Shown: piece after piece, positions 26,475-39,344 of the stretch
Layout of the letters: each line of letters begins with the position of its first letter
Position numbering within the stretch: the first letter of the stretch is position 1
From: Blepharisma stoltei ATCC 30299
Lineage: Eukaryota; Protista; Ciliophora
Assembly (NCBI GenBank): GCA_965603825.1
Contig: CBFDEM010000063.1
Location: 186,001 to 250,000 of the forward strand
Reading direction: 5' to 3'
DNA: 64,000 bases
Notes under the pieces: generated by a model
Seen by the model: only the letters and a program-made list of their open reading frames with translations
The model's database searches: none
Told to the model about the DNA's origin: nothing
Made by a program: the position numbers and the translations under genes

Positions 26475-28640
26475 ATGGATAGACTCAAATCTTTATGGTG
26501 GCAAGAAGAAGTAGACGAAAAATACGAGATCCTCAAACGATTCAACTATTCCCGATTTTTTCTAGTTCTAATTTTTTGGGCAGTGATTTGAATTTTGCAG
26601 TCAACAACTCAAATTAGATGGCTCAGACTTGAATGAATTCATTTTATTTATGCCATAGCTCAATTAGCAGCATGCTTTTTAATAAAAGTTTTAGATAAAA
26701 GAGGAGAGCATTGCAAGTCAGTTTTTGCAATATTACTTGCAGAATGTAATTGCTTAGGGTGGTGGGCTTTAGGAACTTATAAATACAAATCTTCGAGGAT
26801 TTTGTTTTCTAATTTATCACTTGTTTGCATTAAAGTCTGCGAATGGCCTTTCATTCAAACATCGTGGCTTAGAATTTTTATTATTTGCAAGCATTTAGTG
26901 ATGTGGTATTATATGAGCTACTTCAATGGGGAATTAGATTTTTCTGCTGATACAGTTCCTCATCTAATAGGATTTTTGACTATTTTCCTTTGCAATATCT
27001 ATTGCCAGCAAGGTAAAAAAAATTCACTAGAAAGATTTCTCTCAAGGAAAAATCTTGAAAATGCCGAAAAGCGACTGAGTGTCCTTTTTAACCTTTTCCC
27101 TGATGGTTTACTGATATTATCAAATCTAAAATCAATTTTATATTCCAATGTGATCTTGACAAGGCTTTTGTCTTGTGATATCGACGAAATTGTCCAAAAA
27201 ATATCTGAAATTGAGTATTGCCAGAATAAAAAATACTCGAATTTGTCAAAGTCTAATAGACTGATTGATGATATTGATTTAATTCATAAATTGCAGTTAA
27301 ACCAGCAGGTTGTTCTTGGCCTAAGCCAATCAGGCGATTTAAATTTAGAATGGAGAGCTCAAAAAGTGCTTTGGGATGAAGGGCAAGAAGCGATTCTGCT
27401 AACTGTAAAAGACGCAAATCACATTATCCAGCTAGAGCAAACCCTTGGTGATAACAGATTGAAAAACGTGCTTTTAAGGTCAGTGTCTCATGAATTGAGA
27501 ACCCCAATTAATGCGATCACATCTTTGTCAGACTCTCTTATCAGTGAAAAAGAAATATTATGCAACGAAAAAATTTCTTCGAAATTAAATGTCATCTCAG
27601 TTTCCTCAAAACTTTTACTTTCACTAGTAAACGACTTATTAGATTACTCAAGAATTCTAGCTGGAGCCTTTTCTATACAAAAATCAAAATTTTGCTTGAG
27701 AAGCGCGGTTAATGATGCAGTACAGCTGATAAAGCTTCAGGCTGACAAGAAGAACTTGAAAATAATTGTGAGAATCGACCCCCAAATTCCTGATTATATT
27801 TATTCAGACCGCTTAAGATTTAGCCAAATCCTGCTAAACCTCTTATCAAATGCACTTAAATTTACATTGTCAGGCTATATAGATATTTGCTGTTTACTCA
27901 GCTCTGAAGGAAAGCTGCATTTGACAATAAAAGATACAGGGATTGGCATTGAGAGCTCTAAACTTTTCAATATTTTTAAAGAATTCAATACTGTTAATAA
28001 CCCAATTTTAAATCCTTCAGGATGCGGGCTGGGTTTGTTTATATCAAACATAATTGCAAAAGAGCTAGGAAATGAGAAATTTGAAGCCCAATCAGACCTC
28101 GGTAAAGGGTCGTGCTTTGGCTTTTCGATTGATATTTATGAAAGCAAAACATTAGTAGAAAGTCGTGAATATGAAGAATTTGAGATTTCGTCAGAGGATA
28201 TCTTGCCAGTACAAATCAAAAACTTTAGTGAAATCATAAAAAAGCAATACCCTCAAGTCTTGATTGTAGATGATAACGAATTCAACAGAATTGCACTTGG
28301 AGCTCTATTGAGTCATTATGAAGTTTTGTTTGAAGAGTCTTGTACTGGAATGCAAGCTGTAAAGAAGGTAAAAGAAGTTAGTCAAAAAAAGAAGCCATTC
28401 AAACTAGTGATAATGGATGGAAGTATGCCAGAGCTCAACGGATGGGACGCTACAAAAATAATTCATCAGCTTTACTACGAAGGCCAAATTGAGAGCTTGC
28501 CTAGTATTATTGGATACACAGCATTTGGCTCAGACGCTGATGTATCTTTGTGTATAAATTCTGGAATGAAGGAATGCCTTATAAAACCTTGCAGTCCAGA
28601 AATATTAATGGAAAAAATATCAAAATATTTATATATGTAA
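26475..28640 (+). CDS. Membrane hybrid histidine kinase HK3, 721 aa
   Basis: MDRLKSLWWQEEV start is in frame with track ORF 26802-28640 through two TGA codons; all motifs intact. Confidence 0.92.
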
Positions 28641-28807
28641 ATAATTAACATATTATGAATAATACGCCCTACTTCCCAAATAAAGCTTATTTATTCTGAT
28701 GGTATTTAAATATTCATTTTTGCTTATCAGAAATTTCCATTTTTATAAAAGCCATTTATTAAATAATATACTTCTATTGTATTTCTTGAAGAGAATTTAC
28801 TAATTTT

Positions 28808-29227
28808 TTATGGTTGTACTTTAATATGTAAATCAAATGTTTTTGCTCTGCCAAAGCTTCCATCTTGCGTAGCTGCAACAAAATTTCCATTGAGAATAAT
28901 TGCAAAGTTATTGTCAGCTGCAATGGTAAGGAGAGAAGAAGTTGGAAATCCAAAGATATCGAATTCCTTGGCTCCATGTCAATTGACCTGCACCCATGAC
29001 TCTTCACCACCTGGATTTTCTATTAAAGTGCTTTTCCAAATCCATTTTGCGCCAGGAATTGAATTCCATGCTGAATGAACCCAAGTTCCAACTGATTTTC
29101 CAATATAACGAGAGCCTTCGATAGTTCATGACTCATCGCTAACAATATCAATGCTTCCAGCTGAAACTGGAACAGCTGATGAATGAAGTAAAGCGAAAAG
29201 AGCTAATAGTGCCCAAATCTGATTCAT
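28808..29227 (-). CDS. Small secreted beta-sandwich/lectin-like protein (139 aa), probably C-terminally truncated
   Basis: Signal peptide MNQIWALLALFALLHSSA, then IVSDES-W, GAKWIW and LTIAADNN..I.LNG, a pattern typical of galactose-binding-like jelly-roll modules. Visible only with TGA=W. Confidence 0.6.
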
Positions 29228-29249
29228 ATTTATTATCAAAAAAATGTTA

Positions 29250-29775
29250 CTATGTAAGGAAGTTGCAGCAGCAAAGAGCTGCCCCTAAAATCAATGATTT
29301 TAAAATGGAATGCCCACCTTGGTTGCAATAATGGCAAATGCCATCCTCTATGTAAGAAAGTCTTTTGATTTTTTGCATTTAGCGATTCTTACTCTATTTT
29401 GTCTTGCATTTTCTTGTCTCTCCGTTGCTGTTTTGCTGCGATTTATTATATTTAGCAGGCTATTTTCAGGATTTTCTCGAATGGTTTCTGCATGTACTAA
29501 ATTGCATCCTTTATTCCAGCCATCGTCAATTTGGCTATCGGAATCATCAATGTACGGCATTACAGCCCTTCCTTTAGATTTTTGGCTTATTTGCAGTTGC
29601 TTTCTCTTTGGAAATTTTCGTTTGGCTCAATAATATATTTTGCAGATGTTTTTGAAATATTTTTGTTTTGAGGATAAAAAGGTGGATATACTTCTGGACC
29701 GTCTTCACATAAATTATTACTTTCCAAATTTGATGCAGTTGTGAGGCTTCGCTGAAAGATGCTTGGAGTTTCCAT
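29250..29775 (-). pseudogene. Small CxxC..CxxC protein, copy 1 (broken)
   Basis: CAA>TAA stop at 29587-29589 and a 1-nt deletion near 29365 relative to intact copies 2 and 3. Confidence 0.8.
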
Positions 29776-30053
29776 ATTAAAATATGTGATGAATAGACGA
29801 TTTCTTTGATAAAACAAGGAAAATGCTTTTACCACATTTTAAAATAATTTAAATAAGGATTATAAATGATTTAGATGAAAAGACTAACTATTTTATATTT
29901 ATTCGGAATTACAGCTAATTTTCGATTTTAAAAAAAATATTAATATAAAATATCTTAATTTTGAAGAAAATATTAAAAATGGACATGACTTTTTTATGCT
30001 AAATAGAATTGAAAAAGAATTATAAAATTAGTTAATTTTAGCTATTTCAACTT

Positions 30054-31441
30054 AATTATCAGAAAAATCTCATGATTCAGCTGAGATTGTAGAAGAACTG
30101 CAAATTTCATATGAGGTCTGCAAACTCTCAGGATATTCTTCATATTTCCATGAGATGCTAAAACAAAGAGTTAAGCCAATTATATCATCTTCTAATGATA
30201 AAGTATTTAAAAATCATTCATTTTATCAGTATGCTGTCGCATATTTGGATATTGACTTCTATTTCGAGCAAGGAGCCTTTGAAGACATTTCGACATCAAT
30301 TTTATCTTTATTAGATGCCCAATTCTTTGAAATGAAAATCGGGCAAGTCATCAAACTGATTGAAAAAGCTGTGGTCTGCTGGGCTATTTCTTTGGGTAAA
30401 CCTGTAAAATTGTCTAAAATCCATAATAAGTATTTCCCTAAAAATACAGAAGTGAAGCACAAAGAAGCGATAATTAAAGGGATTAGCAAAGGGAAAAGAT
30501 CTTCGATTGCTGCTAATATTTTTGAATGAACAGTAAAGACTCTAAGCGAAATTAATAAATCTGACACAAATACAAAATCAAAAAGAAAATTGGCCTCAAG
30601 GATTTATGAATTTTTGCCTATTCTCATTCGTTATGGGTCTCCAAATAATTTATTTGAGTCAATGATGAAAATGCAATTAAATAGAGAATTCGAACTCATA
30701 GGAATAACCAATGATATTCAAGAAATAGTGGAAATAGCCAGCTTTGAATCTCTTGAAGAATATCAAGCTATTAATATGACTTTACTTCCAAAAGATGGCG
30801 AAATTCTGGTGACTCATCAAGAAATGATAAGCGAAGAAGAAAATTTGGAAAAACATAGCACTTCTTGGATATCCGAAGTCAAGCTTTTTGCGCTCCATCA
30901 TGATAAAGCCTATAAAATCAGAAAACTAAAAGCACACAGAAAAAAACTACCAAATTTTTCTATCCCACAGTTTTGTTTTCTTCCCTATCTTCGAGAGTTA
31001 AGGATATCCAAGCACTTAAAGCAGACTGGGAAAAATCAAAAAATTATTCAACCATTATCTCTACCATTGAAAAATTCCAAACAGAAATCAGTGAATGCAT
31101 TTATAAAGAAAGCTTGAAAAAACCTCTGGATTTCCATTATTTGTTAAAACAAATGAATTGGCTTTTATCAGTTTTTTCCAATGTCAATTCTTTTATCGTT
31201 TCGCCAGATTTAGACTCAATTGATATAATAGAAAAATCAATTCATGAAGTTGAAGCATCAATTAAGCGGCTAAATGTATGGAAAAATGTAATTATTCCAA
31301 AAAATAAGAAAATTGAAATCAAATTACAAAAGAAATGGAACTTCAGGTGGAGACAAGAAATGCTAAATAAAAGAAAGAAAGGACTGAAAAGACAGGAAGC
31401 ATTAGAAAAGAAAAAAGGCATGCTTAAATATTCATAAATAA
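30054..31441 (+). pseudogene. Inverted, 5'-truncated duplicate of the 3' end of the TRANK1-like helicase
   Basis: Near-identical to the reverse complement of about 11214-12605; a 4-nt deletion (CTAG) near 30970 shifts the frame. Confidence 0.92.
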
Positions 31442-31740
31442 TTTCTAAAATTGAAAATAAATTATGGAATTCAAATCTCAGAAGTTTCAGTATTTAAGAA
31501 GTGCTCGAAACTAATAAATCCTTGCAACTATTTTAATGAGCTGCATGGCCAATTTATCTCTCTATGCAGTGTTTTCTTAACTATGAAATAATTTTTAAGC
31601 AGGCTTCATTAAAATATGTAATAAGACACAATCAAAGATAATGCCACTGATAAATATTAGAATAGTCATAAAAATTTTCTGGTTAAAAACTCTATCGGTC
31701 AAATTGGGACTAAGCACAGTAGTTTGAATTTTAATTATTT

Positions 31741-32234
31741 TTATAAAAGCAAAACATCAGTAGAAAGTCGTGAATATGAGGAATTTGAGATTTCGTCAGA
31801 GGAAATCTTGCAAGTACAAATAAAAAACTTTAGTGAAATCATAAAAAAGAAATACCTCAGCTTGATTGTAGATGATAACGAATTCAACAGGATTGCACTT
31901 GGAGCTCTATTGAGTCATTATGGAGTTTTGTTTGAAGAGTCTTGTACTGGAATGAGCTGCAAAGAAGGTAAAAGAAGTTAGTAAAAAAGAAGCCATTCAA
32001 ATTAGTGATAATGGATGGAAGTATACCAGCTCAACGATAGAGCGCTACAAAAATAATTCATCAGCTCTACTACGAAGGCAAATTGAGAGCTTGCCTAGTA
32101 TTATTGGACACATAGCATTTGGCTAAGACGCTGATATATATTTGTGTTTAAATTCTGGAATGAAAGAATGCCTTATAAAACCTTGCAGCCCAGAAATATT
32201 AACTGAAAAAATATTAAAATATTTATATGTGTAG
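31741..32234 (+). pseudogene. Receiver-domain remnant of HK3 (frameshifted)
   Basis: Matches 28137-28640 (ESREYEEFEISSE, IVDDNEFNRIALG) with several small deletions. Confidence 0.88.
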
Positions 32235-32412
32235 ATAATTAAAATACTATGAATAATACACCCTACTTCTAAAATAACGCTTATTTATTCAGATGATATT
32301 TAAATATTTATTTTTGCTTATCAGAAATTTCCATTTTAATAAAAGCCATTTATTTTATAATGTACTTCTATTTCTTGAAGAGAATTTACTAATTTTTTAT
32401 AGTTGTACTTTA

Positions 32413-32940
32413 CTATGTAAGGAAGTTGCAGCAACAAAGAGCTGATCCTAAAACCATTGATTTTAAAGTGGAATGGTTGCTTTGGTTGCAATAATGACAA
32501 ATGCCATCCTCTATGTAAGAAAGTCTTTTGCATTTTTTGCATTTAGCAATTCTTACTATACTTTGTCTTGCATTTTCTTGTCTCTCCGCTGTTGTTTTGC
32601 TGCGATTTATTATAGTTAGCAGGTTATCTGCAGGATTTTCTCTAATGGTTTCTGCATGTACTAAATTGCATCTTTTATTCCAGCCATCGTCAAATAGGCT
32701 ATCGGAATCATCAATATATGGCATTACAGCCCTTCCTTTTGGATTTTTGGCTTGTTTGCAGTTGCTTTCTCTTTGGAAATTTTCTTTATGCTCAATTATA
32801 TATTTTGCAGATTTTTTTGAAATATTTTTTTTGTGAGGATAAGAAGGTGGATATGCGTCTGGAACGTCTTCATATAAGCAACTTCTTTCAAAATTTGATG
32901 CAGTTGTGATGCTTCGCTGAAAGATGCTTGGAGTTTCCAT
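32413..32940 (-). CDS. Small uncharacterised protein with CxxC-x10-CxxC and C-terminal CCC (copy 2, 175 aa)
   Basis: ATG at 32940 (METPSIFQRS); open frame ending KCKKCKRLSYIEDGICHYC...LGSALCCCNFLT; conserved in three close copies. Confidence 0.7.
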   Translation of the reverse strand: METPSIFQRSITTASNFERSCLYEDVPDAYPPSYPHKKNISKKSAKYIIEHKENFQRESNCKQAKNPKGRAVMPYIDDSDSLFDDGWNKRCNLVHAETIRENPADNLLTIINRSKTTAERQENARQSIVRIAKCKKCKRLSYIEDGICHYCNQSNHSTLKSMVLGSALCCCNFLT

Positions 32941-33768
32941 ATTAAAATATGTGATGAATAGATGATTTCTTTGATAAAACAAGGAGAATGCTTTTATCAC
33001 ATTTTAAAATACTTTAAATAAGGATTATAAATGATTTAGATTAAAAGACTAGCTATTTTATATTTATTCGGAATTACAGCTGATTTTGGACTTTTAAGAA
33101 AATATTAATATAAAATATCTTAATTTTGAAGAAAATATTAAAAAGAATGAATTTAAAAGATGGCTTTTCTGTTAAATAAAATTGAAAAAGAATTAAAAAT
33201 TTAGTCAATTTTAGCTATTTTAACTTCTGTAAGAAATATTTTTGATTTATAAATTATTTTGATTATTCAAAAAGCAAGTGGAGTCTTAAATTGAAATTCA
33301 TTAGGGTTAGTATTAAAATACCCTAAGGTCCATTCCTGGCAACTTCATTAGAAGATATATTGAAAAAATAAGCGAAATATTTACGAAGTCATATTTTTGA
33401 ATGTAAATCAAAAAACATCTATATATTTATGCCGTAAAATAATTAATATAAAATATAAAAAAGTACTAATATGCATAAACAATTAAAAAATTATCAATAA
33501 AGCATATTGCTTCTCATTTAAAGCTAATAAAATGCATTCAGATGATGAAAACACATTTATCGCCTCATATCAGAAATTCAATTTTATTAAGAACATTTAC
33601 TATATAATACATTTTCAACAGTATTTATAAGTCAAAAAATTAAGAAGTAGCAAAAGCAAGGATCATCGATTTTAAGATGAAATTTCCTGTAGAAGGTTGA
33701 TTGTAATAATAGAAAACGCTAAGTAAATTTTTTCTTCTTCTTATCTGGAAATATTTTTTCATCAAGAT

Positions 33769-34599
33769 TTATCGAGACTCAAATCTTTCATATTTAGTTT
33801 CAGGGATTACATCGAGCCCATATTTCGATATCGAAATTTTCTTGACTTAAAATTTGAAATATACAAGTCTGATTCCTGAAAAATAGGCTCTTTTTTTAAT
33901 TCTTCGAATTCATTTAAAGCTTTTTTCAGTACATCTTTACCATACTCTTTCTTTTTCTTCACAAAATCTTTTGCTAAAAATCTTCGAAATGCCCTTTGAA
34001 TAATTGTGATATTTTCTGTGTGCAAATTTTTAATAGGCAGCAATAAATCTCTTCTTTTTTTACATTTTAGTTGGCTTATCAAAAATGACAAATTTTTGGA
34101 GATCTGAGGAATTTTTAATTTGAAAGAATGCTTTAATTGAGCTGGCAATGACTTTTTGGTTAAAAAGTTGTATTGAATATTACTTGGGATCGAGATGTTG
34201 GAGCTGATATCTTTCTTCCTTACTTTTTTTGAGGGCTGTATAAAGAAAAGTCGAAAAGTTTTTCTAAGCTTTTATTTAATTTCTTGATTTTTATTTTTTG
34301 GATTACTGGGCGCAGTGAAGATTGATTGGGAATTACTATAAGTGAGTCTTTAATTTTTGGATGCTTAGTGCCATAATATGCTTCAGAGATTATCAATCAT
34401 TCTGAAAGCTTATTGATTCGCCATTCAGATGCTTCGATTTCACTCTGAGTTTTGTTGAAATTCTTTAATGCATTTGAAATAGACCCATAATCGAATGAAT
34501 TGCCAGCTTTTTGTGAGTGGCTAAAAATAAATCTAAAATTTTGATAGCATTTTTAGAGGATTCCTTATACTTTCCTTTAAAAGAAAATTGATTATTCAT
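33769..34599 (-). pseudogene. IQ-motif protein, frameshifted copy
   Basis: Aligns end to end with 41372-42229 but carries several small indels (831 vs 858 nt). Confidence 0.82.
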
Positions 34600-35494
34600 T
34601 AATATGGAAATTTATATTCATTTTATCATTTCAGAAATACTTTATATTTTGTCATAAGACTGAGCATCCCCTTGCGTTTGCTTACCTGGTGGTATACTGG
34701 ATAAGAATTCTCCTGGAAAACTGATAATAATAAAACGAGCCCAGGGAAAATTTTGTTGAATGAAATGTTCACTCACATCGAACTTTTATTATTACTTGCA
34801 TGATACACCACAAAAATCTTGGATGCTTGCTTAAATAAATGAAGAATAACTAATCTTTTTTAGAAATAGAGCATAAGATAATTAGATGAGCCCATCTGTC
34901 TCATATCATTGGCTATAAAGTCCCACCGATAAAGATAAATTCAGCTCAGAAGATTTTTCCTCTTATTAGCTAAAAAAAGAGATTTTCAATATTTTGTTAA
35001 ATCAGGAATTAATTAAATTTGTTTTTATAAATATCATGTGCAAAAATTACTATGAGATATCTTGCATCTTTTATTAATTATTTGACTTAGATGAAACAAT
35101 GTCGCTTTCATAATATTTCATTTTCATATTTGAAACTGCATATTAGTATCAGTATAAATGATATATGCCATTTTATAAATTTATGGAGAATAATAGGTTA
35201 TAAATGCTAAGTAGTTAAAATCTACGAAGAAAATATTATTTTCAGGGTTAATCAAATATAAATCATATAAAGAAACGTTTAAAATAAATGTATGCCACAT
35301 TTACTTGCTTCATAAATTATTGTTGCCAATATCATTGATGGTGAATTGTTCCTAATAGGATACTATATCTCAAGTTTTATTTATAATCAAAGCAATTTTG
35401 CTTAATATATTTTCAATCTAAATTATAAAAAAATCTGCAATTTTTACTGACAAATTTAATATCATTTTCTGATGAGTTCTTTAAATAATATAAG

Positions 35495-37626
35495 ATGGAA
35501 GCCGTGAGTGAAATGTGATGGAAGAAAGAAATAAGCGACCTCTACGATTACTAATATTTTATAGCTATACACTCTTGTCAATTGGCCTATTATCTCGAAT
35601 CTTGCATTTGATGTTTAATTGGTATTTTGACATCGAGCTTCTTCAAGTAGAAGTCGTAGGACTGCACTTCATAAACATTTTTCTTATCAAAATCTTCAAG
35701 AATTCCTCATTGAATGCAAAAATTCTTGTGATTTTATTCTTTACTGAGTCTTATAATTGCTTTTGCTTTTATGCATCCATAGTAAAGAGTGAAGACTCCA
35801 ATATATTGGCAGTTTTCGCTATAATGCTGATAACAAGATTTCAGCTGCCGATTATTAAAAACAAGCTTTATTTTAATCTGATTCTTACCAAAAATTTATT
35901 GGTATGGTGCTTTATCCGAATAAATATCTTCCAAGATGCACAATTTAAAATAATGGAGATTAATTTTACATTAGGCACAATAATTACATGCAATATATGG
36001 CATTATTATAGGACGAATATATCCATTGAGAGGTTTAACCTGAGCAAGGAACTGGAAAAAAACCATGAAATACTGACATTTATAACAGAAGCTTTTCGGG
36101 ATGGAATTATAGTACTTTCTGACGACCTGACAATTGAATTTAATAATAAAAATTCTCTTAGGCTCCTGAACTGTGAAAAGACAAATCTATTGTCTTCTAT
36201 ATCGCAAATTGAATATTTTCAAGAAAAGAAATTGTCAGGGTATCCTACATCGAACTTGGTGATAGATGACATTATGTATTGCTTTAATGCTGCAGATTTC
36301 TTAGAAAAGACTTTAGGCGTAAGTGTTGTAAATAGCCGTAATTTAGAGTGGAAAATTCAAAAAATTTCTTGATATGATAAAAACAGCTTGCTTATTACTA
36401 TCAGAGATGCAACTCAGATCATAAGACTTGAAAATTCAATAGCAAGCGATAATATGAAAACTGTCTTATTGAGATCAGTTTCCCATGAACTTCGAACCCC
36501 ACTTAACGCCATAATATATTTTACTAATGATATTTTGGAGAAGAAAAATTTAAATATCTCAGGAGAAATCGAAAAATTTAAAGCAATATCAGTTTCTTCA
36601 CAACTTATGCTATCAATTATTAATGATTTGCTTGATTATTCGAAAATGCTTGCAGGAGTATTCAGCATCCATAAAACTGAATGTCGAGTAAAAGAGATAA
36701 TAAAAAATGCTTGCGAGCTAATTCAGATGCAATGTAAAAAGAAAAAGCTAAAGCTCATTATAAGACTTGATGAAAAGATCCCGGATAGAGTTTACACCGA
36801 TCCTTTAAGGCTTAGTCAGATCTTGCTTAATTTACTTACAAATGCTTTGAAGTTCACTATGAAAGGCTGAATCGAAGTGATATGTCTGCTTGATAAAAAA
36901 AATCGCTTAAAACTTACAATAGAGGACACTGGAATCGGGATGTCAGAAGATTATCAGAAAAAACTTTCCTCTGAGTTTTCTTCATCAGTTTCTCCATCAA
37001 TAAGTCCTCAAGGATGTGGCCTTGGGCTTTATGTTTCAAATTCATTGGTAAAAAAACTAGGGAATAAGCCTATTGAAATCCGTTCTGAGCCTGGAAAAGG
37101 TTCAGCTTTTATATTCAAAATCAACATTTTCTCTGAAAACCCATCAAGTGACGAATACGATGTTTTCACAGAAAGTCTGGTTGAAGAAAATTTAATTCGA
37201 TATGATATGAATCAATATTCTATGAGGAGAAAAAACTTTGCTCCTTCAGTTCTAATTGTTGACGATAATGAATTAAATCGGCTTGTCCTGGGATCAATTT
37301 TATTACAATATCATATAGCATTCGATGAAGTTGGGGGTGGAAAAGATGCAATTAAAAAGGCTGTTGAGAGAGATAAGCTTGGATGTGGATACCGAGCAAT
37401 TATTATGGATTGCGATATGCCAGAAATCGATGGCTTTGAAGCGACAAGAAAAATCAATTTATTATTTAGCAATCGAGAAATTAATGAAATGCCAAATATT
37501 ATAGCTTATACAGCTTTTACATTAGATGAAGATCGAGCTGCGTGCTTTGAGTGTGGGATGGTGGATTATTTAATAAAGCCTTCTACCCCTGAGAAAATAA
37601 TTAGCACGGTTAAAAAATATTTATAA
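35495..37626 (+). CDS. Membrane hybrid histidine kinase HK4, with a 1-nt deletion near 35547 (ancestral ATG 35495 now out of frame; alternative ATG 35518)
   Basis: Paralog of HK5. The frame from 35518 is open to TAA 37624-37626 through TGA 36370 and 36868; all catalytic motifs retained. Confidence 0.8.
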
Positions 37627-38149
37627 ATTGACTTAATTTCATTTATTAATTACTAAAAAATCATTGAATAAGCCACAGAATTTTCTATAAGTTGGTAAAA
37701 ATTAGCATACAAAGAATAAGCAACAATACAGCAACTTTATTATTAAAAATAATTAGCATTAAAACAAATTATGCAAAAATTTTTAATAATCAAAATATGA
37801 TTCCAATGCCAACTTTAATAATTTTTCTAAACGCAGATAATAAACTTAATTCAGATTATCAAGTTAAAAATTGGGTGTAGGCCAATTAATTAAGAAGATC
37901 GCTAAAACCACCTATCCATATTTAATGATAAAACTTTGAACTGTAAATATGAGCAGAATTCTCTCGAAATAAAGCATTTTATTCTCAATTTAACAGCGAA
38001 ATATGCATGCAGAATTTTTATTTTAGAATCATCTTTTTTCAATAGATAAAACAAAATTTTGTTAATTTATAAATCTCAACCAAAGATAAAAAGCTAATAA
38101 AATTGAATAAAAAAATTCTAAAAACAATTATTGCTATCGTTATTATTCT

Positions 38150-39164
38150 TTGCCTAAGCCAATCAGGCCATTTAAATTTAGAATGGAGAGCTCAAAAATG
38201 CTTTCGGATGAAGGGCAAGAAGCGATTTTGCTAACTGTAAAAGCGCAAATCCTTGGTGATAACAGATTGAAAAACGTGCTTTTAAGGTCAGTTTATCGTG
38301 AATTGAGACCCTCAATTAATGCTATCACATCTTTGTCAGATTCACTTATCAGTGAAAAAAAAATATTATGCAACGAAAAAATTCTGCGAAATTAAATGTC
38401 ATCTCATTTTCCTCAAAACTTTTATTTTCACTAGTAAGTGACTTATTATAATCAAATTTGGTATTCTTTCAAGACTATTTAGCTCCACTTAAATCTCTCT
38501 CTTGAACTAATATCTTATATGATATTTGGATTGCATGGCGATCTTATCAAGAGTATAACAGGGAAGTAATAAGTCGATTATTCACAGCTGGACACTGATC
38601 CGAGAAATGGAAAAATAGTGTGCTTCAAATAGACCAACAAATTATATGGACCTTTTGCTATTTATGAAATCAAAACATCAGTAGAAATTCATGAATATGA
38701 AGAATTTGAGATTTCGTCATAGGATATCTTACCTGCACAAATAAAAAAACTTTAGCGAAATCTTAAAAAAGCAATACCCTCAAGTCTTGATTGTAGATGA
38801 TAACGAATTCAACAGGATTGCACTTGAAGCTTTATTGAGTCATTATGGAGTTTTGTTTTAAGAGTCTTGTACTGGAATGCAAGCTGTAAAGAAGGTAAAC
38901 GAAGTTAGTCAAAAAAAGAAGCCATTCAAATTAGTGATAATGGATGGAAGTATGCTAGAGCTCAACGGATGGGAAGCCACAAAATAATTCATCAGCTCTA
39001 CTACGAAGGCAAATTGAGATCTTGCCTAGTATTATTGGATACACAGCATTTGACTCAGACGCTGATGTATATTTGTGTATAAATTCTGGAATGAAGGAGT
39101 GCCTTATAAAACCTTGCAGTCCTGAAATATTAACCGAAAAAGTATGAAAATATTTATATATGTA
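38150..39164 (+). pseudogene. Two HK3-derived remnants (HisKA part 38150-38449; receiver part 38659-39164) separated by unrelated DNA
   Basis: Match about 27319-27640 and 28133-28640, with stops and indels; the H-box SHELRTP has become YRELRPS. Confidence 0.85.
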
Positions 39165-39344
39165 AAAAATTAGCATACTATAAATAATGCACACTACTTC
39201 TAAAATAAAGCTCATTTATTCAGATGATATTTAAATATTTATTTTTGCTTATCAGAAATTTCCTTTTGATATAAGCCATTTATTAATTAATATACTTCTA
39301 TTGCATTTCTTGAAGAGAATTTACTAATTTTTTATGGTTGTACT

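Larger units (their letters stand above)
31741..38120 (+). repeat. Segmental duplication unit A (HK3 3' remnant, CxxC gene, IQ gene, HK4)
   Basis: Colinear and highly similar to 38659-45903, including intergenic DNA; the first 1.5 kb also matches 28137-30053. Confidence 0.9.

Noticed and set aside
34681-34760. U1 snRNA-like CTTACCTGG
   Set aside because: No U1 stem-loops, no AUUGCAC loop and no correct spacing follow.
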